This document shows, one piece after another, positions 10,302 to 21,279 of a DNA stretch of 64,000 nt. This stretch comes from Thalia democratica (Eukaryota), in the NCBI GenBank assembly GCA_965202585.1, contig OZ241830.1, forward strand, positions 17,608,001-17,672,000, written 5' to 3'. The position numbers and the translations under genes were made by a program. The notes under the pieces are model-generated. The model was not told where the DNA came from. It was given only the letters and a program-made list of their open reading frames with translations, and made no database searches. Within the stretch, counting starts at the first letter, position 1. Each line of letters starts with the position of its first letter.

Positions 10302-12838
10302 TAATAGTCTTTTGCAATAGACTCGATTGTTTTATCAATTCCCAGGTGCAACCTATTATGGGCCACATTAAATGCTGTTAGGCGCATAGATTCGGGCAGA
10401 ATGATTCGCTTATTATTTTCGTCTACCACTACCGCTAAATTATCTGGTTGTAAATATTCGACCGTTTTCTTCATATTACGTGCGGTATCTACTAGCCCCG
10501 GTTCATTACATTGCAAGACCGCAATAACTTCCCTATTTATCATATTAAAGCTAGTCGTATTTTCCCCGATCACTTCATTTAACGGACTACCTAAAATTTC
10601 CTCTTCACCGTCTAAATCACCGTAATCAGACTCGCTGTCTTCAGCCTCTGACTCAGACGTATAAACAAAATCAGAATCCTGGTTATACGCACGAACATGC
10701 ATTGCCGACTGTGGGGGTCGGCTTAAACTATCTGCTACTACATTATCATGGCCATCTATATGCCTTACTATTGGATTAAATTCCTTGATTGCGCATATCC
10801 AACGTTGTTCCGCTGGAGAATGATTACCCATTTCGTTTTTAATGGCCCTTTCTACTGATTTACTATCAGTACGTATTATTAAGGATCTCCCCAATATTCT
10901 GCTTTGAAAGTGCTTAAGAGACAAATACACCCCGCGAAGTTCCTTATAAAAAGTAGAACGTACTTGCTTAAATGGAGGGAGCTTTTTTGAAAAAAACGCA
11001 AGCGGTTGCATTCCCCCATTTCTCCCTTCTTGTTCCAGAACTGCGCCAACGTGGCTGTCGGAAGCGTCCGTGAAGAGAACTAGGGGTTTTGTGTGGTCTT
11101 CATAGCTTATTGTTGCTGCTTTAACTAACAGAGATATTGTGTCATGATAAGCTTTGATTTGGCCATCAGTAAGTTTAATAATTGCCCTATTGCTTGCCTT
11201 AGATCCCCCCGAAATTTCATTAAGCGGAGCCATTACTTCGGCCAAGTTTGGTATAAATCGATGATAGTAATTAATCATACCAATTACCCTTTTTAACTCT
11301 TTGCGCGTGTTTGGTAAGGGTAATTTTTTTATAGCTTCTACCTTAGATTCCATAACATCAACCCCGTCAACACCTACTGTATGACCTAAAAAATCTACCT
11401 TAGTTCTAGCAAAAGAACATTTTGCTTGATTTAAAAATAAACCGTTTGTCGATAATGTTTCTAAAACCTGTTTTAAATGTGATATGTGACTGTCCGCGGA
11501 ATCTGAAAACACAAGAATATCATCTAAATATACAAAAGTGAAAGCCCCACAAGAGGACAAGATACTGTCCATAAACTGCTGAAAACGTGTTGGCGCATTC
11601 CGCAACCCGAAAGAAGTCACCTTAGGGACGAATACCCCGGAATTAGTTATGATAGCAGCATATTTTCGTGAGTTTGGATGAAGAGGTAAGCTATAGTAAG
11701 CTTCTTTAAGATCTAACGTGCTGAAAAAACGGGTACCTTCCGGAATTCTTTCCGAGAGCGTATCTATGCGCGGTAGCGGGTATGAAAATGGGCGTGTGTG
11801 GGCATTCAAAACTGTATAACCAACACAAATACGCAAATCACCATCTTTTTTGGGCACTACCGTGATTGGTGATGCACACATGTCGGCATCCCCCTTTACA
11901 ACAGCACCTCTCGCAATTAGGTCTGAATAATTTTTATCTACCTTTTGTTGACAAGTTAAATTACATCTTCGCGCCTTAATCATTCGCGGTTTATAATTGT
12001 CAACTATAATTTCTAGAAAGTGGTTGTGTTTTCTAGGAGCAGTATAATCAGGAGTTTTTGTAAGCTCAGGGTAATTCAACAGTAGTGCTTCACACTTGGT
12101 CTCTAACGTAGCTATGTTATTACTATCCTTAACTTCCCCCGTATTAATTGACACAACTACCGACGCAGGCAAGTCAGCGGCCCTAAACAGTTTAGTCGTT
12201 TTGTTAGACAATTGATGCGTCAATTCTAACGTGAAAGGGCATATTAACAGTTTGTTTGACATTAAAATGTCCATACCTAAAATGCCATAACTCCTATACT
12301 CTTGAGTAACCCAAAAATTATGTTTAATGGTTTTTAAATTACCTAGCTTAAGGTCAACGCAAGCACTCCCTATGGGGTGGATTTCATTGTCGCCAATACC
12401 CTTTATAGTTCTACTGAACGGCTTAAAGTAGTGGTTTATGCCATTTGTTAGATTCTTAGGCAATATAGAAACTTCACATCCAGAGTCAATTAAGAAAAGA
12501 ACGTTTGTAACATTGTCCTTTGCAAATAATAGACTTTGAGGCAAGGTTTTTGGATTTATAGACGATTTATTTGAAATAGCAAACGACCAATTAGTTTTTA
12601 CAGTTAGTTTTGTCGTGATATCATTACGCAATTGAGAGTGAGAGTTTGTTTCAGGTGATGGCTTTTTAGGCTGCCATGGTTTGGCAGAGGGACGAATTGG
12701 TACGGATTCTACAGGCTTATTAAGAGGAACTCTGTTCCCATCCTCATGTCCTCTCATTGTTTTGAAGATGGGAAATCGTTTTTTTGATCGTGTTGTTGCC
12801 GTAACGGGGACATAGGGCAAGTTGAAACTGCAGCACAA
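10232..12838 (-). CDS. pol: Pol: aspartic protease, reverse transcriptase, RNase H, integrase HHCC
   Basis: LIDSG protease site, PLPRID, LDLKEAYY, FGLRNAP, VYLDDILV, TDAS and DSLSR (RNase H). Confidence 0.96.
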   Translation of the reverse strand: MCCSFNLPYVPVTATTRSKKRFPIFKTMRGHEDGNRVPLNKPVESVPIRPSAKPWQPKKPSPETNSHSQLRNDITTKLTVKTNWSFAISNKSSINPKTLPQSLLFAKDNVTNVLFLIDSGCEVSILPKNLTNGINHYFKPFSRTIKGIGDNEIHPIGSACVDLKLGNLKTIKHNFWVTQEYRSYGILGMDILMSNKLLICPFTLELTHQLSNKTTKLFRAADLPASVVVSINTGEVKDSNNIATLETKCEALLLNYPELTKTPDYTAPRKHNHFLEIIVDNYKPRMIKARRCNLTCQQKVDKNYSDLIARGAVVKGDADMCASPITVVPKKDGDLRICVGYTVLNAHTRPFSYPLPRIDTLSERIPEGTRFFSTLDLKEAYYSLPLHPNSRKYAAIITNSGVFVPKVTSFGLRNAPTRFQQFMDSILSSCGAFTFVYLDDILVFSDSADSHISHLKQVLETLSTNGLFLNQAKCSFARTKVDFLGHTVGVDGVDVMESKVEAIKKLPLPNTRKELKRVIGMINYYHRFIPNLAEVMAPLNEISGGSKASNRAIIKLTDGQIKAYHDTISLLVKAATISYEDHTKPLVLFTDASDSHVGAVLEQEGRNGGMQPLAFFSKKLPPFKQVRSTFYKELRGVYLSLKHFQSRILGRSLIIRTDSKSVERAIKNEMGNHSPAEQRWICAIKEFNPIVRHIDGHDNVVADSLSRPPQSAMHVRAYNQDSDFVYTSESEAEDSESDYGDLDGEEEILGSPLNEVIGENTTSFNMINREVIAVLQCNEPGLVDTARNMKKTVEYLQPDNLAVVVDENNKRIILPESMRLTAFNVAHNRLHLGIDKTIESIAKDYYWPTLIKDVTHWVKSCVVCQATK
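12721..12784 (-). other. -1 ribosomal frameshift signal (A_AAA_AAC plus H-type pseudoknot) at the gag-pol overlap
   Basis: Heptamer 12784-12778 is in gag phase. Stem 1 is UUCCCAUCUUC/GAGGAUGGGAA and stem 2 is UGAGAGGA/UCCUCUUA. Pol is in the -1 frame. Confidence 0.8.
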
Positions 12839-13959
12839 TAGTCTGCCCTATCTCCAAACTTTGCATGTTTGTGACAAAGCGCGTTTTGTTCGTAATTCGT
12901 GCGCTTGTTATACCCTTCCCCGAAATACCCCTGACTACGACTGTGTTCATAGCTGCGGAAATGTTCCCTTTTTTGTGGAATTTTCTCATGCCATTTTTGT
13001 TTGTAATATCTCTTATTGTGCTTAAATCGCTGAGGTTCGTATGAAAAGTTTTTAGCATTTTCAAAGACCCTCTGTTCTTCAATGTCGCATATAAATTCCG
13101 TGCGCCTAATAAACTCATTATATTCAAGCCCAAAACATTCCTTTATTTTGTTTTTTAAATTATTAGGGGCATGTCTATGCATAAAGTATTTAATTCTGTC
13201 TTCCTCTTTAGACTTTGCCCATTGCTTAGCTGCCAAAAACAAGTCCTGGAATTGAACTGGCTCTGGCCATGATGGGCTTGCACCTAATATGCGAGGCAAT
13301 TTGCTTCCTTTCCCTTGTAAAAAGTTAACAAGACTGCTATAAGTTCTGTCTTCGTCGTGTGTTTCAACGAAGTCAATTATATCTGAACGGGGCCAAATTC
13401 TCTGGAGAATTTCAAACTTCTCCATTTCAGATGTTATACCATAAGCCGTACACCGGTCTTCAAAAAAACGTAACTCCACAGCCGGATCGCGTACGGCATC
13501 AATTTTTTGAAAAAGCTTACAATTTTCAAGAGTTTTTTTCTTGAAACTTATTTGTGTTGACATTTCACCTAAAGCGTGCGAGGTGTGATTGTTAAGGGTG
13601 AGGCCGCTGTCATTTATGGTCTTATTGGTATCTAATCTTCTATAAATAGCTTTTAGTTCATTTTTTAGTTTATTTTTTTTCTCTAAAACCTTAGCTTGCT
13701 CTAGTAAGTGAGCTAAATCCTCAACGTCTAAGTCAACTTCATCTATAGCATTAAAATCTACAATTTCATTATTGTCCCTAGTCTGCGCGCTTACTTCTGT
13801 TTCATGAGCGCTGTTTATTGTCGCTTGAATATTGCTGGGAGATTGTGAGTTCGATATCAAGTCAGAGTCGCCATTGAAGTCAGCAGATACTGATGGCTCA
13901 GTATCTGCATGACCCGTTAACTTATTTTTATGTCTTAAGCCCTTCTTAGTCTTAATCAT
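12754..13959 (-). CDS. gag: Gag
   Basis: 401-aa ORF with capsid-like ELRFFEDRCTAYGITSEMEKF and a C-x2-H-x9-C-x5-C knuckle (12817-12876). Confidence 0.9.
   Translation of the reverse strand: MIKTKKGLRHKNKLTGHADTEPSVSADFNGDSDLISNSQSPSNIQATINSAHETEVSAQTRDNNEIVDFNAIDEVDLDVEDLAHLLEQAKVLEKKNKLKNELKAIYRRLDTNKTINDSGLTLNNHTSHALGEMSTQISFKKKTLENCKLFQKIDAVRDPAVELRFFEDRCTAYGITSEMEKFEILQRIWPRSDIIDFVETHDEDRTYSSLVNFLQGKGSKLPRILGASPSWPEPVQFQDLFLAAKQWAKSKEEDRIKYFMHRHAPNNLKNKIKECFGLEYNEFIRRTEFICDIEEQRVFENAKNFSYEPQRFKHNKRYYKQKWHEKIPQKREHFRSYEHSRSQGYFGEGYNKRTNYEQNALCHKHAKFGDRADYCAAVSTCPMSPLRQQHDQKNDFPSSKQ
13863..13873 (-). other. Primer binding site, probably tRNA-Arg(UCU)
   Basis: TGGCGACTCTG lies 1 nt after the 5' LTR and is complementary to a tRNA ending CAGAGUCG-CCA, as in metazoan tRNA-Arg(UCU). 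The isoacceptor assignment is from recall, not a search. Confidence 0.7.
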
Positions 13960-14427
13960 TCTAATGGTATAGTAATCACTTAAATAGTAGCTTAAACTAA
14001 AAACAACCGGTTATAATTTATACAGCACAGTTTAATCAACAATATTTAATAACAAATGTGATTTAAAAAATACGTATTAACTCAAGTAAAAATTATACAA
14101 AAAGTTGATAAAGCTAAAGAATAATTTAATAATTTCTTCAATAAGCAACAAAGTTTAATCTATAATTTGGTACTTCTTTTAAAGTAACAAATTTACAAAA
14201 GTTTAAACACTCAACTGCAATCCACTCAAAGTTCCAATTCAATGTCATCAACAAGAGTTCATAAATAAAACTGACCGTTGCTACAACAAGAATAGCATTT
14301 TGTACTAAAAATTTGTCGTTAAGCAAACGTCATAGTGCTTTAATAAATTTAAACTTGTCAGTGTTTACAACTAGTTATTTTGTAAATTTATTAACTATTA
14401 TCACAACGCAGGGCAGATAGCGTTACA
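13875..14427 (-). repeat. 5' LTR
   Basis: 553 bp, matches 8188-8740; contains a TATAAAT-like box and an 11-bp perfect hairpin (13883-13908). Confidence 0.96.
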
Positions 14428-15458
14428 AATAGTTAAAGTACAGTTTGAATGAAACTTATAGCATTCATAAGTTACCATAATGAATCCTATTGACGCCATG
14501 TTCATTTATCTAAAATTATCCAAGCATAAGTTTTAATTTTAAAACTAACGAATGTTTATTATTAGTTCTAAATCCTTCTTCTTAAAGTTGTAGTAAGTCA
14601 TCTTTAAACAACAAAGTTTCAATATTTTATAAAATATTTTAAGTTTGTTGTTTGTAAAAAGATAACTTGCATTTTAAAAGTACTACAAAACTTTGAACAT
14701 CTCTTGAATTGAACTACATTTAAAATGCTTTTTTTTTATTTATATTGTTTATCAAATTATATTATTTCCAAAGAAGTTATCTATTAAAAAAAATATTTTT
14801 TTTTATTAAAAAATAAACAATGCAAATATAAGCATTTCAAATTTTTACATATGCTAAATCTTGTGCTTGGTTATCAGTTTTTTAAACTTTGTATGTTTAC
14901 CTGAAACAATATAAAGAACCATTAACAACGTTGCCAAAAGATCAGGAAAGTAAGGATAAACTAAAGAAATGAAAAAAATCAGAAAAGCATCTTTAAATTT
15001 AAATTTTTGTTTTTAAAGATTAGGTTTATTTAGTTTACTAAAACTTCGAGGCGTGACTACTGTCTTGGTATTTTAAGCACTTCTTGTTTATAAGTATTGA
15101 AAGTTTGAAACTCTTTTTTAAGAGATAGAAAAGTCTACTCAACTTGAAAATATAAAGAAAACATCATTTGTTTAAACAAATTTTTAGTTTATGTCATAAT
15201 TTTAAAACCAGTAAAAACAAATTAAAATTTAGAATTTTGTTTTAGTTAACTTTTAGTTTTTTTAACTTTTCATACTTGATGATATGTGCATAGGCGGCTT
15301 AAGACTTGTTCGCTGGTATTTGTTACCTTAAAAGTAAAAGATCTTAGGTTATCAACTGGAAAAATTTGATATAATTTTTACATATGTATAATTTTGTACT
15401 TGGTTATCAGTTTTTTGAATTTTGTATGTTCACCTTTAACAATATGAATAACCATTAA

Positions 15459-15750
15459 CAGGGTTGCCACAAGATCAGCAAAGTAAGGTAAAACTAAAAA
15501 AAATGACAAAAGTCACGAAAAAATGGCAGTTTTTGAAAAAAATTTTTGAAAAGTGATTAAACTTGATAAAATTTTAAAATTTCAAAATTTTTTTGTTGAA
15601 AGTTTACGAAGTCCCTTACTTTTCAAAGCTTTCTGTTGTAAAACATTAATAAATAATTCAAGTCAGACTAAAAATGATTTCTTAAAAATTTACAAAACTA
15701 CTTAATTTCCAATGCCTTCATCGGTATAGTTAATAAATATCCTTTAGAAA
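15459..15750 (+). mobile_element. Truncated 292-bp end of the CAGGGTTGCCA MITE, cut by the palindrome junction
   Basis: Starts CAGGGTTGCCAC; mirror of 17638-17929; the rest of the element is absent on this side. Confidence 0.8.
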
Positions 15751-16765
15751 TAAGACTTTACTTTTCTATTCAAATAATTTACTAAAAGTTATTATTAAGA
15801 TGCACTGTTTTTAACGGGAGAAATTTTTGCTACTTTATTTAAAAATAAGTTTAAAGAGTAAAAGCACCTCTGGATCTTAGTAACCTTAAAAAAAAAACAA
15901 TGAAAAAATAAATTAAGTGAAAGAAGTTGCTTTGATATAATCAGTTTGTAAATTTGAAAAGTTATGAAAGGTTGTGTGAATTTAAAGTTGCATGTTTAAA
16001 AATAATTTTAAGCACCTTTGCTAGAAGCCACTTTTGCACGGCGTCACGCTTGCACAAGTAACTTTTGCAAGAAGTGACATTTTTATTAATAAAGAAACTT
16101 TTGAACTGGTTTAATTTTCTTTTTAATTAAAATTATATACAATTACTGTTACCCCTTACCTTTACCCTAGGCTGGTTATATTTTTCTTGTAAATATTATT
16201 AAAAATTTTTTTTTTTACTATTACTGTTACCCCAAACCCATTTCGTTGGTCTTCTTTTTTGTTTAATTTTTTTTATTTAAATTTATTTTTCTATTACTTA
16301 AACTGTTACTCATAAGTGTAAATTTTACCTTTGGTCGGTTATTATTTTTTTTTACTCCCTAAAAATTGACTCTTTGTGCATATTTGAACATTGATCAAAA
16401 GTATTTTCGTTCATGTTTGACGCATCTCAAATTTAAAGGGCCTTCCAATAAATGGTTGACATTCTTGATGACAAAACAGCCAGCCTAAATGATCAAAAAT
16501 TAGGCTGAGTTATATATCTAGCCTGAGTTAGTTTGAACTTATAATATAATTCGATATGATATAGTTTAAGCCAAAAATTTAAAAACTATTATTTATCAGT
16601 TTATATTTGTCTAAAAACCAAAATATTTCAAAAGCCACTTTAAAAACATAAAAATAAAGGAAAAAAAAAAGATGAAATAATTCCTGATAAAATAAAAGTA
16701 AAAACTATTTACTCCGAGTACTCCGAGTGTTTTAAGTTTAAGACAACGTTTTCATCATTTTAATG

Positions 16766-17929
16766 CGGAATTGCCACATATCAAGCTTAGAAAAATTTCC
16801 TGAATTTTTACTGACACTTTCCTGGCTAAATTATGCTACAAAAAGCTAAAAATAACTATATACTTCTTATATAAATACTTCTTATATCATTTATTATAAA
16901 TATTTTCCAAAAAAAATAGTATTTGATAATATACTCTTACAAATTTTACAAACTTCATTAATTCTACAAAATATTATAAAAAAATTAAACATAACCATAT
17001 CCTGTTATGAGAATATTTCTTATATCATTTGAAAATAATCCTTTAAACTAAAAAAGTAAAAGTTAAACAAAAGTTAAACAAAAGTATTTATACTCTTACG
17101 TACTGTAAAAACTTAACAATATTTATAAACAAAAAACAATAAACATCTGTTTAAAAAAATATTTCCTCTATTTGTTTTCAAATTATCTCTAATATACAAA
17201 ACTTTACAACACAGTCTGTTTTTACTTAATTTTATTATTATAGTTTATTGAACGACAAAAATACACGTTCAAGTATTTTGGTCTTGAGAACTGGTGCACG
17301 AAAAAACCTTTCAGTTATCGAGTTGCATACCATAAATACCTTTTAAAGTCTTGTCAAGGACACTTAAAATTCAGATAAAACTAAAATTAGATAAAGTATA
17401 CACATAAACTTGTTAAATGGAATACTAAACTAAGTGCTTATTTAGAAAGAACTTGAGCATTTATTTAAACAAAAAACACTTTTGTTCTAAATTTATGCAA
17501 GATAAGCCTTTGTGTTTATACTTCAGTTTCACTATAGGAGTGTCCTTGCCAAAAACCATCAATACTAAAAAGCTTACAAAAACTGCTTTTTTTAATTACG
17601 GTAGTTGTTCAATATGTTAATAGGCAAATATTGTAGTTTTCTAAAGGATATTTATTAACTATACCGATGAAGGCATTGGAAATTAAGTAGTTTTGTAAAT
17701 TTTTAAGAAATCATTTTTAGTCTGACTTGAATTATTTATTAATGTTTTACAACAGAAAGCTTTGAAAAGTAAGGGACTTCGTAAACTTTCAACAAAAAAA
17801 TTTTGAAATTTTAAAATTTTATCAAGTTTAATCACTTTTCAAAAATTTTTTTCAAAAACTGCCATTTTTTCGTGACTTTTGTCATTTTTTTTAGTTTTAC
17901 CTTACTTTGCTGATCTTGTGGCAACCCTG
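16766..17929 (-). mobile_element. Non-autonomous DNA transposon (MITE-like), CAGGGTTGCCA TIR family, 6-bp TSD
   Basis: Ends CGGAATTGCCA and TGGCAACCCTG; TSD TTAATG on both sides (16760-16765, 17930-17935); homologous along its length to 47408-48371. Confidence 0.8.
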
Positions 17930-18960
17930 TTAATGGTTATTCATATTGTTAAAGGTCAACATACAAAATTCAAAAAACTGATAACCAAGTACAAAATTAT
18001 ACATATGTAAAAATTATATCAAATTTTTCCAGTTGATAACCTAAGATCTTTTACTTTTAAGGTAACAAATACCAGCGAACAAGTCTTAAGCCGCCTATGC
18101 ACATATCATCAAGTATGAAAAGTTAAAAAAACTAAAAGTTAACTAAAACAAAATTCTGAATTTTAATTTGTTTTTACTGGTTTTAAAATTATGATATAAA
18201 CTATAAATGTGTTTAAACAAATGATGTTTTCTTTATATTTTCAAGTTGAGTAGACTTTTCTATCTCTTAAAAAAGAGTTTCAAACTTTCAATACTTATAA
18301 ACAAGAAGTGCTTAAAATACCAAGACAGTAGTCACGCCTCGAAGTTTTAGTAAACTAAATAAACCTAATCTTTAAAAACAAAAATTTAAATTTAAAGATG
18401 CTTTTCTGATTTTTTTCATTTCTTTAGTTTATCCTTACTTTCCTGATCTTTTGGCAACCCTGTTAATGGTTCTTTATATTGTTTCAGGTAAACATACAAA
18501 GTTTAAAAAACTGATAACCAAGCACAAGATTTAGCATATGTAAAAATTTGAAATGCTTATATTTGCATTGTTTGTTTTTTAATAAAAAAAATTATTTTTT
18601 TTAATAGATAACTTCTTTGGAAATAATATAATTTGATAAACAATATAAATAAAAAAAAAACATTTTAAATGTAGTTCAATTCAAGAGATGTTCAAAGTTT
18701 TGTAGTACTTTTAAAATGCAAGTTATCTTTTTACAAACAACAAACTTAAAATATTTTATAAAATATTGAAACTTTGTTGTTTAAAGATGACTTACTACAA
18801 CTTTAAGAAGAAGGATTTAGAACTAATAATAAACATTCGTTAGTTTTAAAATTAAAACTTATGCTTGGATAATTTTAGATAAATGAACATGGCGTCAATA
18901 GGATTCATTATGGTAACTTATGAATGCTATAAGTTTCATTCAAACTGTACTTTAACTATT

Positions 18961-19513
18961 TGTAACGCTATCTGCCCTGCGTTGTGATAATAGTTAATAA
19001 ATTTACAAAATAACTAGTTGTAAACACTGACAAGTTTAAATTTATTAAAGCACTATGACGTTTGCTTAACGACAAATTTTTAGTACAAAATGCTATTCTT
19101 GTTGTAGCAACGGTCAGTTTTATTTATGAACTCTTGTTGATGACATTGAATTGGAACTTTGAGTGGATTGCAGTTGAGTGTTTAAACTTTTGTAAATTTG
19201 TTACTTTAAAAGAAGTACCAAATTATAGATTAAACTTTGTTGCTTATTGAAGAAATTATTAAATTATTCTTTAGCTTTATCAACTTTTTGTATAATTTTT
19301 ACTTGAGTTAATACGTATTTTTTAAATCACATTTGTTATTAAATATTGTTGATTAAACTGTGCTGTATAAATTATAACCGGTTGTTTTTAGTTTAAGCTA
19401 CTATTTAAGTGATTACTATACCATTAGAATGATTAAGACTAAGAAGGGCTTAAGACATAAAAATAAGTTAACGGGTCATGCAGATACTGAGCCATCAGTA
19501 TCTGCTGACTTCA
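18961..19513 (+). mobile_element. Solo LTR at the site mirroring the full element in arm A
   Basis: TGTAACGC...GACTTCA, 553 bp, flanked by TATT on both sides. Left flank mirrors 14428 onward and right flank mirrors 8187 backward. Confidence 0.96.
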
Positions 19514-20771
19514 TATTTATTTGTGATACTTTATATTTAAAATATAAGTAATCATTACAAAACAGACGTCTAAGAAAACGTTTAAGTTAAAAAAAATTTC
19601 TTAAATTAAAACTCTGATTCTAGCTGCAGAGTGCACTTTATTTCTTTATGTTAAAAGATAATATAACATGATAAAGATAATTGGGCCTGTGCTAAATTTG
19701 TCATGTATATTGTATACCATACTTGCCACACAATTACTAACTACTTTATTCTGGATTTTTACTAATTATTTTCCAAAGATAAACTATTATAAATGAAAAT
19801 TTATTAAATCTATCTTTAAGAAACTCAAACTGCTTTTTACCTTAACTTTTCTCGGTCAGGCGCTTGAAGTTTAAAAAAAATATTTACAACTGCTAGATTT
19901 AGGTCATACATACGTTATTTAAAAATATTTTCTAAATGTTAACGCCAAGAAGTTAATTATGTGATATTACATATTATATTGGACTGTTTAATAGTGTTTA
20001 AGGTTTTTAAGTAGTTCAAATTAGATACTTATGTTACAGTTGCATAGATATAGCAAAAAACTTCTATTAATAAACTGTTTTGTAAAAGATAATCGTAGAA
20101 AACTAAAAGCAATTGAACATAGATATGTTCTATTTAAAAAAATACTAGTTTTAATCAATTTTAATTTCATTTGGTTTTAGTTACACAGAAAGTGTCTTTT
20201 TAAATAAAAATAATTTTTATAGTCTGAAATTAGCATTGATTAAAACACTCAAAATAATGTATCTTATTTTGATTTGTTATAATCTTACTGTAATAAAATA
20301 ATATTTTGTTAGGTTCTAAATCGTCTTGGTACGTCAACAGTTTTTATTCATCATCTTTTATTTTGTCAATATACAAAAATACGTTATCAAAGTATGCAAA
20401 TATTTCCGATTATCTTTTTTTTTTTTTTTGAAGTGTTTTCGATATTTAGTCCTCAGCGAACAAAAATTAGGAATCTAAACAGAAGTACATACAATACAAT
20501 TCTAAAAACAAACCATATTACGAATCACTACTTTAGAAATCTTACTATACTTGTGTTATGTCTTACATTGTTGTTATTTATACTAATCAGTTTTCATTGA
20601 TTTATGCGTGTAAACTGTAATTTGTACAACTTTTATAAAAACTTGTCTTAAAAGTAATAGCTGTTATTTTTATATTTTAAATCACACAATTTTTATAAGT
20701 AAAAAACAAATTGTTTGTTACGTCAAATAATAATTTTGGTACAAAAAATGACTAAAAGTTTATTTAGCATC

Positions 20772-21260
20772 ATGATTTACAGCAGTTGGAAATACAAACT
20801 AAGCTGCTTTTTACTGTTGATTTTTTCAACTTGTGTTCACTCAGAAGTAAAGAAAAGACGCGACGCACGAGAAGGGAGAAAAGAAAACCTACAAGGAGCT
20901 TTTACGAAGGCTACAGGGACAGGAACAATTGTGGGCGGAAGATAGATCCTATTTGAGCTCCAACTCGACAGGGAAATAGCGTGATTGAATCCAACTGGAA
21001 GTTCTGAGCCTTTTTGAAATTGATAATCGGTTGAAACTGCGGGATTTCGGTCATGGAATGATGAACAAAGCAGCAAGTGAAGCCGGATAATTTATAGGAG
21101 TAGACATGTTTGTGATCTACGATATCGCCTCTGTATTCAACACGTTCAGCTACGACAATTACGAAAAGTTTTTCTGCTGACACAAACTCCAGTTTTGAGT
21201 TCCAGAGCAAAGGCGACTTAGGCAGTTCTGTGGTTGGAAGCAGTCGAAAAGTGTCCAATA
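20772..21260 (+). pseudogene. Truncated protease copy (mirror of 6440-6929)
   Basis: ORF 20715..20945 contains the same signal-peptide-like MIYSSWKYKLSCFLLLIFSTCVHSEVKKRR; GDLG motif; frameshifted. Confidence 0.75.
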
Positions 21261-21279
21261 AGATAATTTAATATAACAG

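Larger units (their letters stand above)
8188..14427 (-). mobile_element. Full-length Ty3/Gypsy LTR retrotransposon, CsRn1-like lineage
   Basis: 553-bp LTRs with TG...CA ends (minus strand), 4-bp TSD AATA (8184-8187 and 14428-14431), PBS, PPT, gag-PR-RT-RH-IN order. Gag CHCC knuckle and protease context LFAKD...LFLIDSGCEVSILP are typical of the CsRn1 clade. Confidence 0.96.
1..15750 (+). repeat. Arm A of giant inverted repeat 1 (mirror of about 17638-27630); extends beyond the window start
   Basis: Reverse-complement match to arm B. Inner end CCTTTAGAAA (15741-15750) pairs with TTTCTAAAGG (17638-17647); mirror sum 33388 holds for 14428-15750 and 27701 for 7101-8187. Kelch exon, protease relics and LTR are all mirrored. 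Confidence 0.95.

Noticed and set aside
10136-13544. Antisense or alternative-frame ORFs over gag-pol and over the Kelch, RING and ZNF598 exons
   Set aside because: Shadow ORFs of real coding sequence with no motifs of their own.
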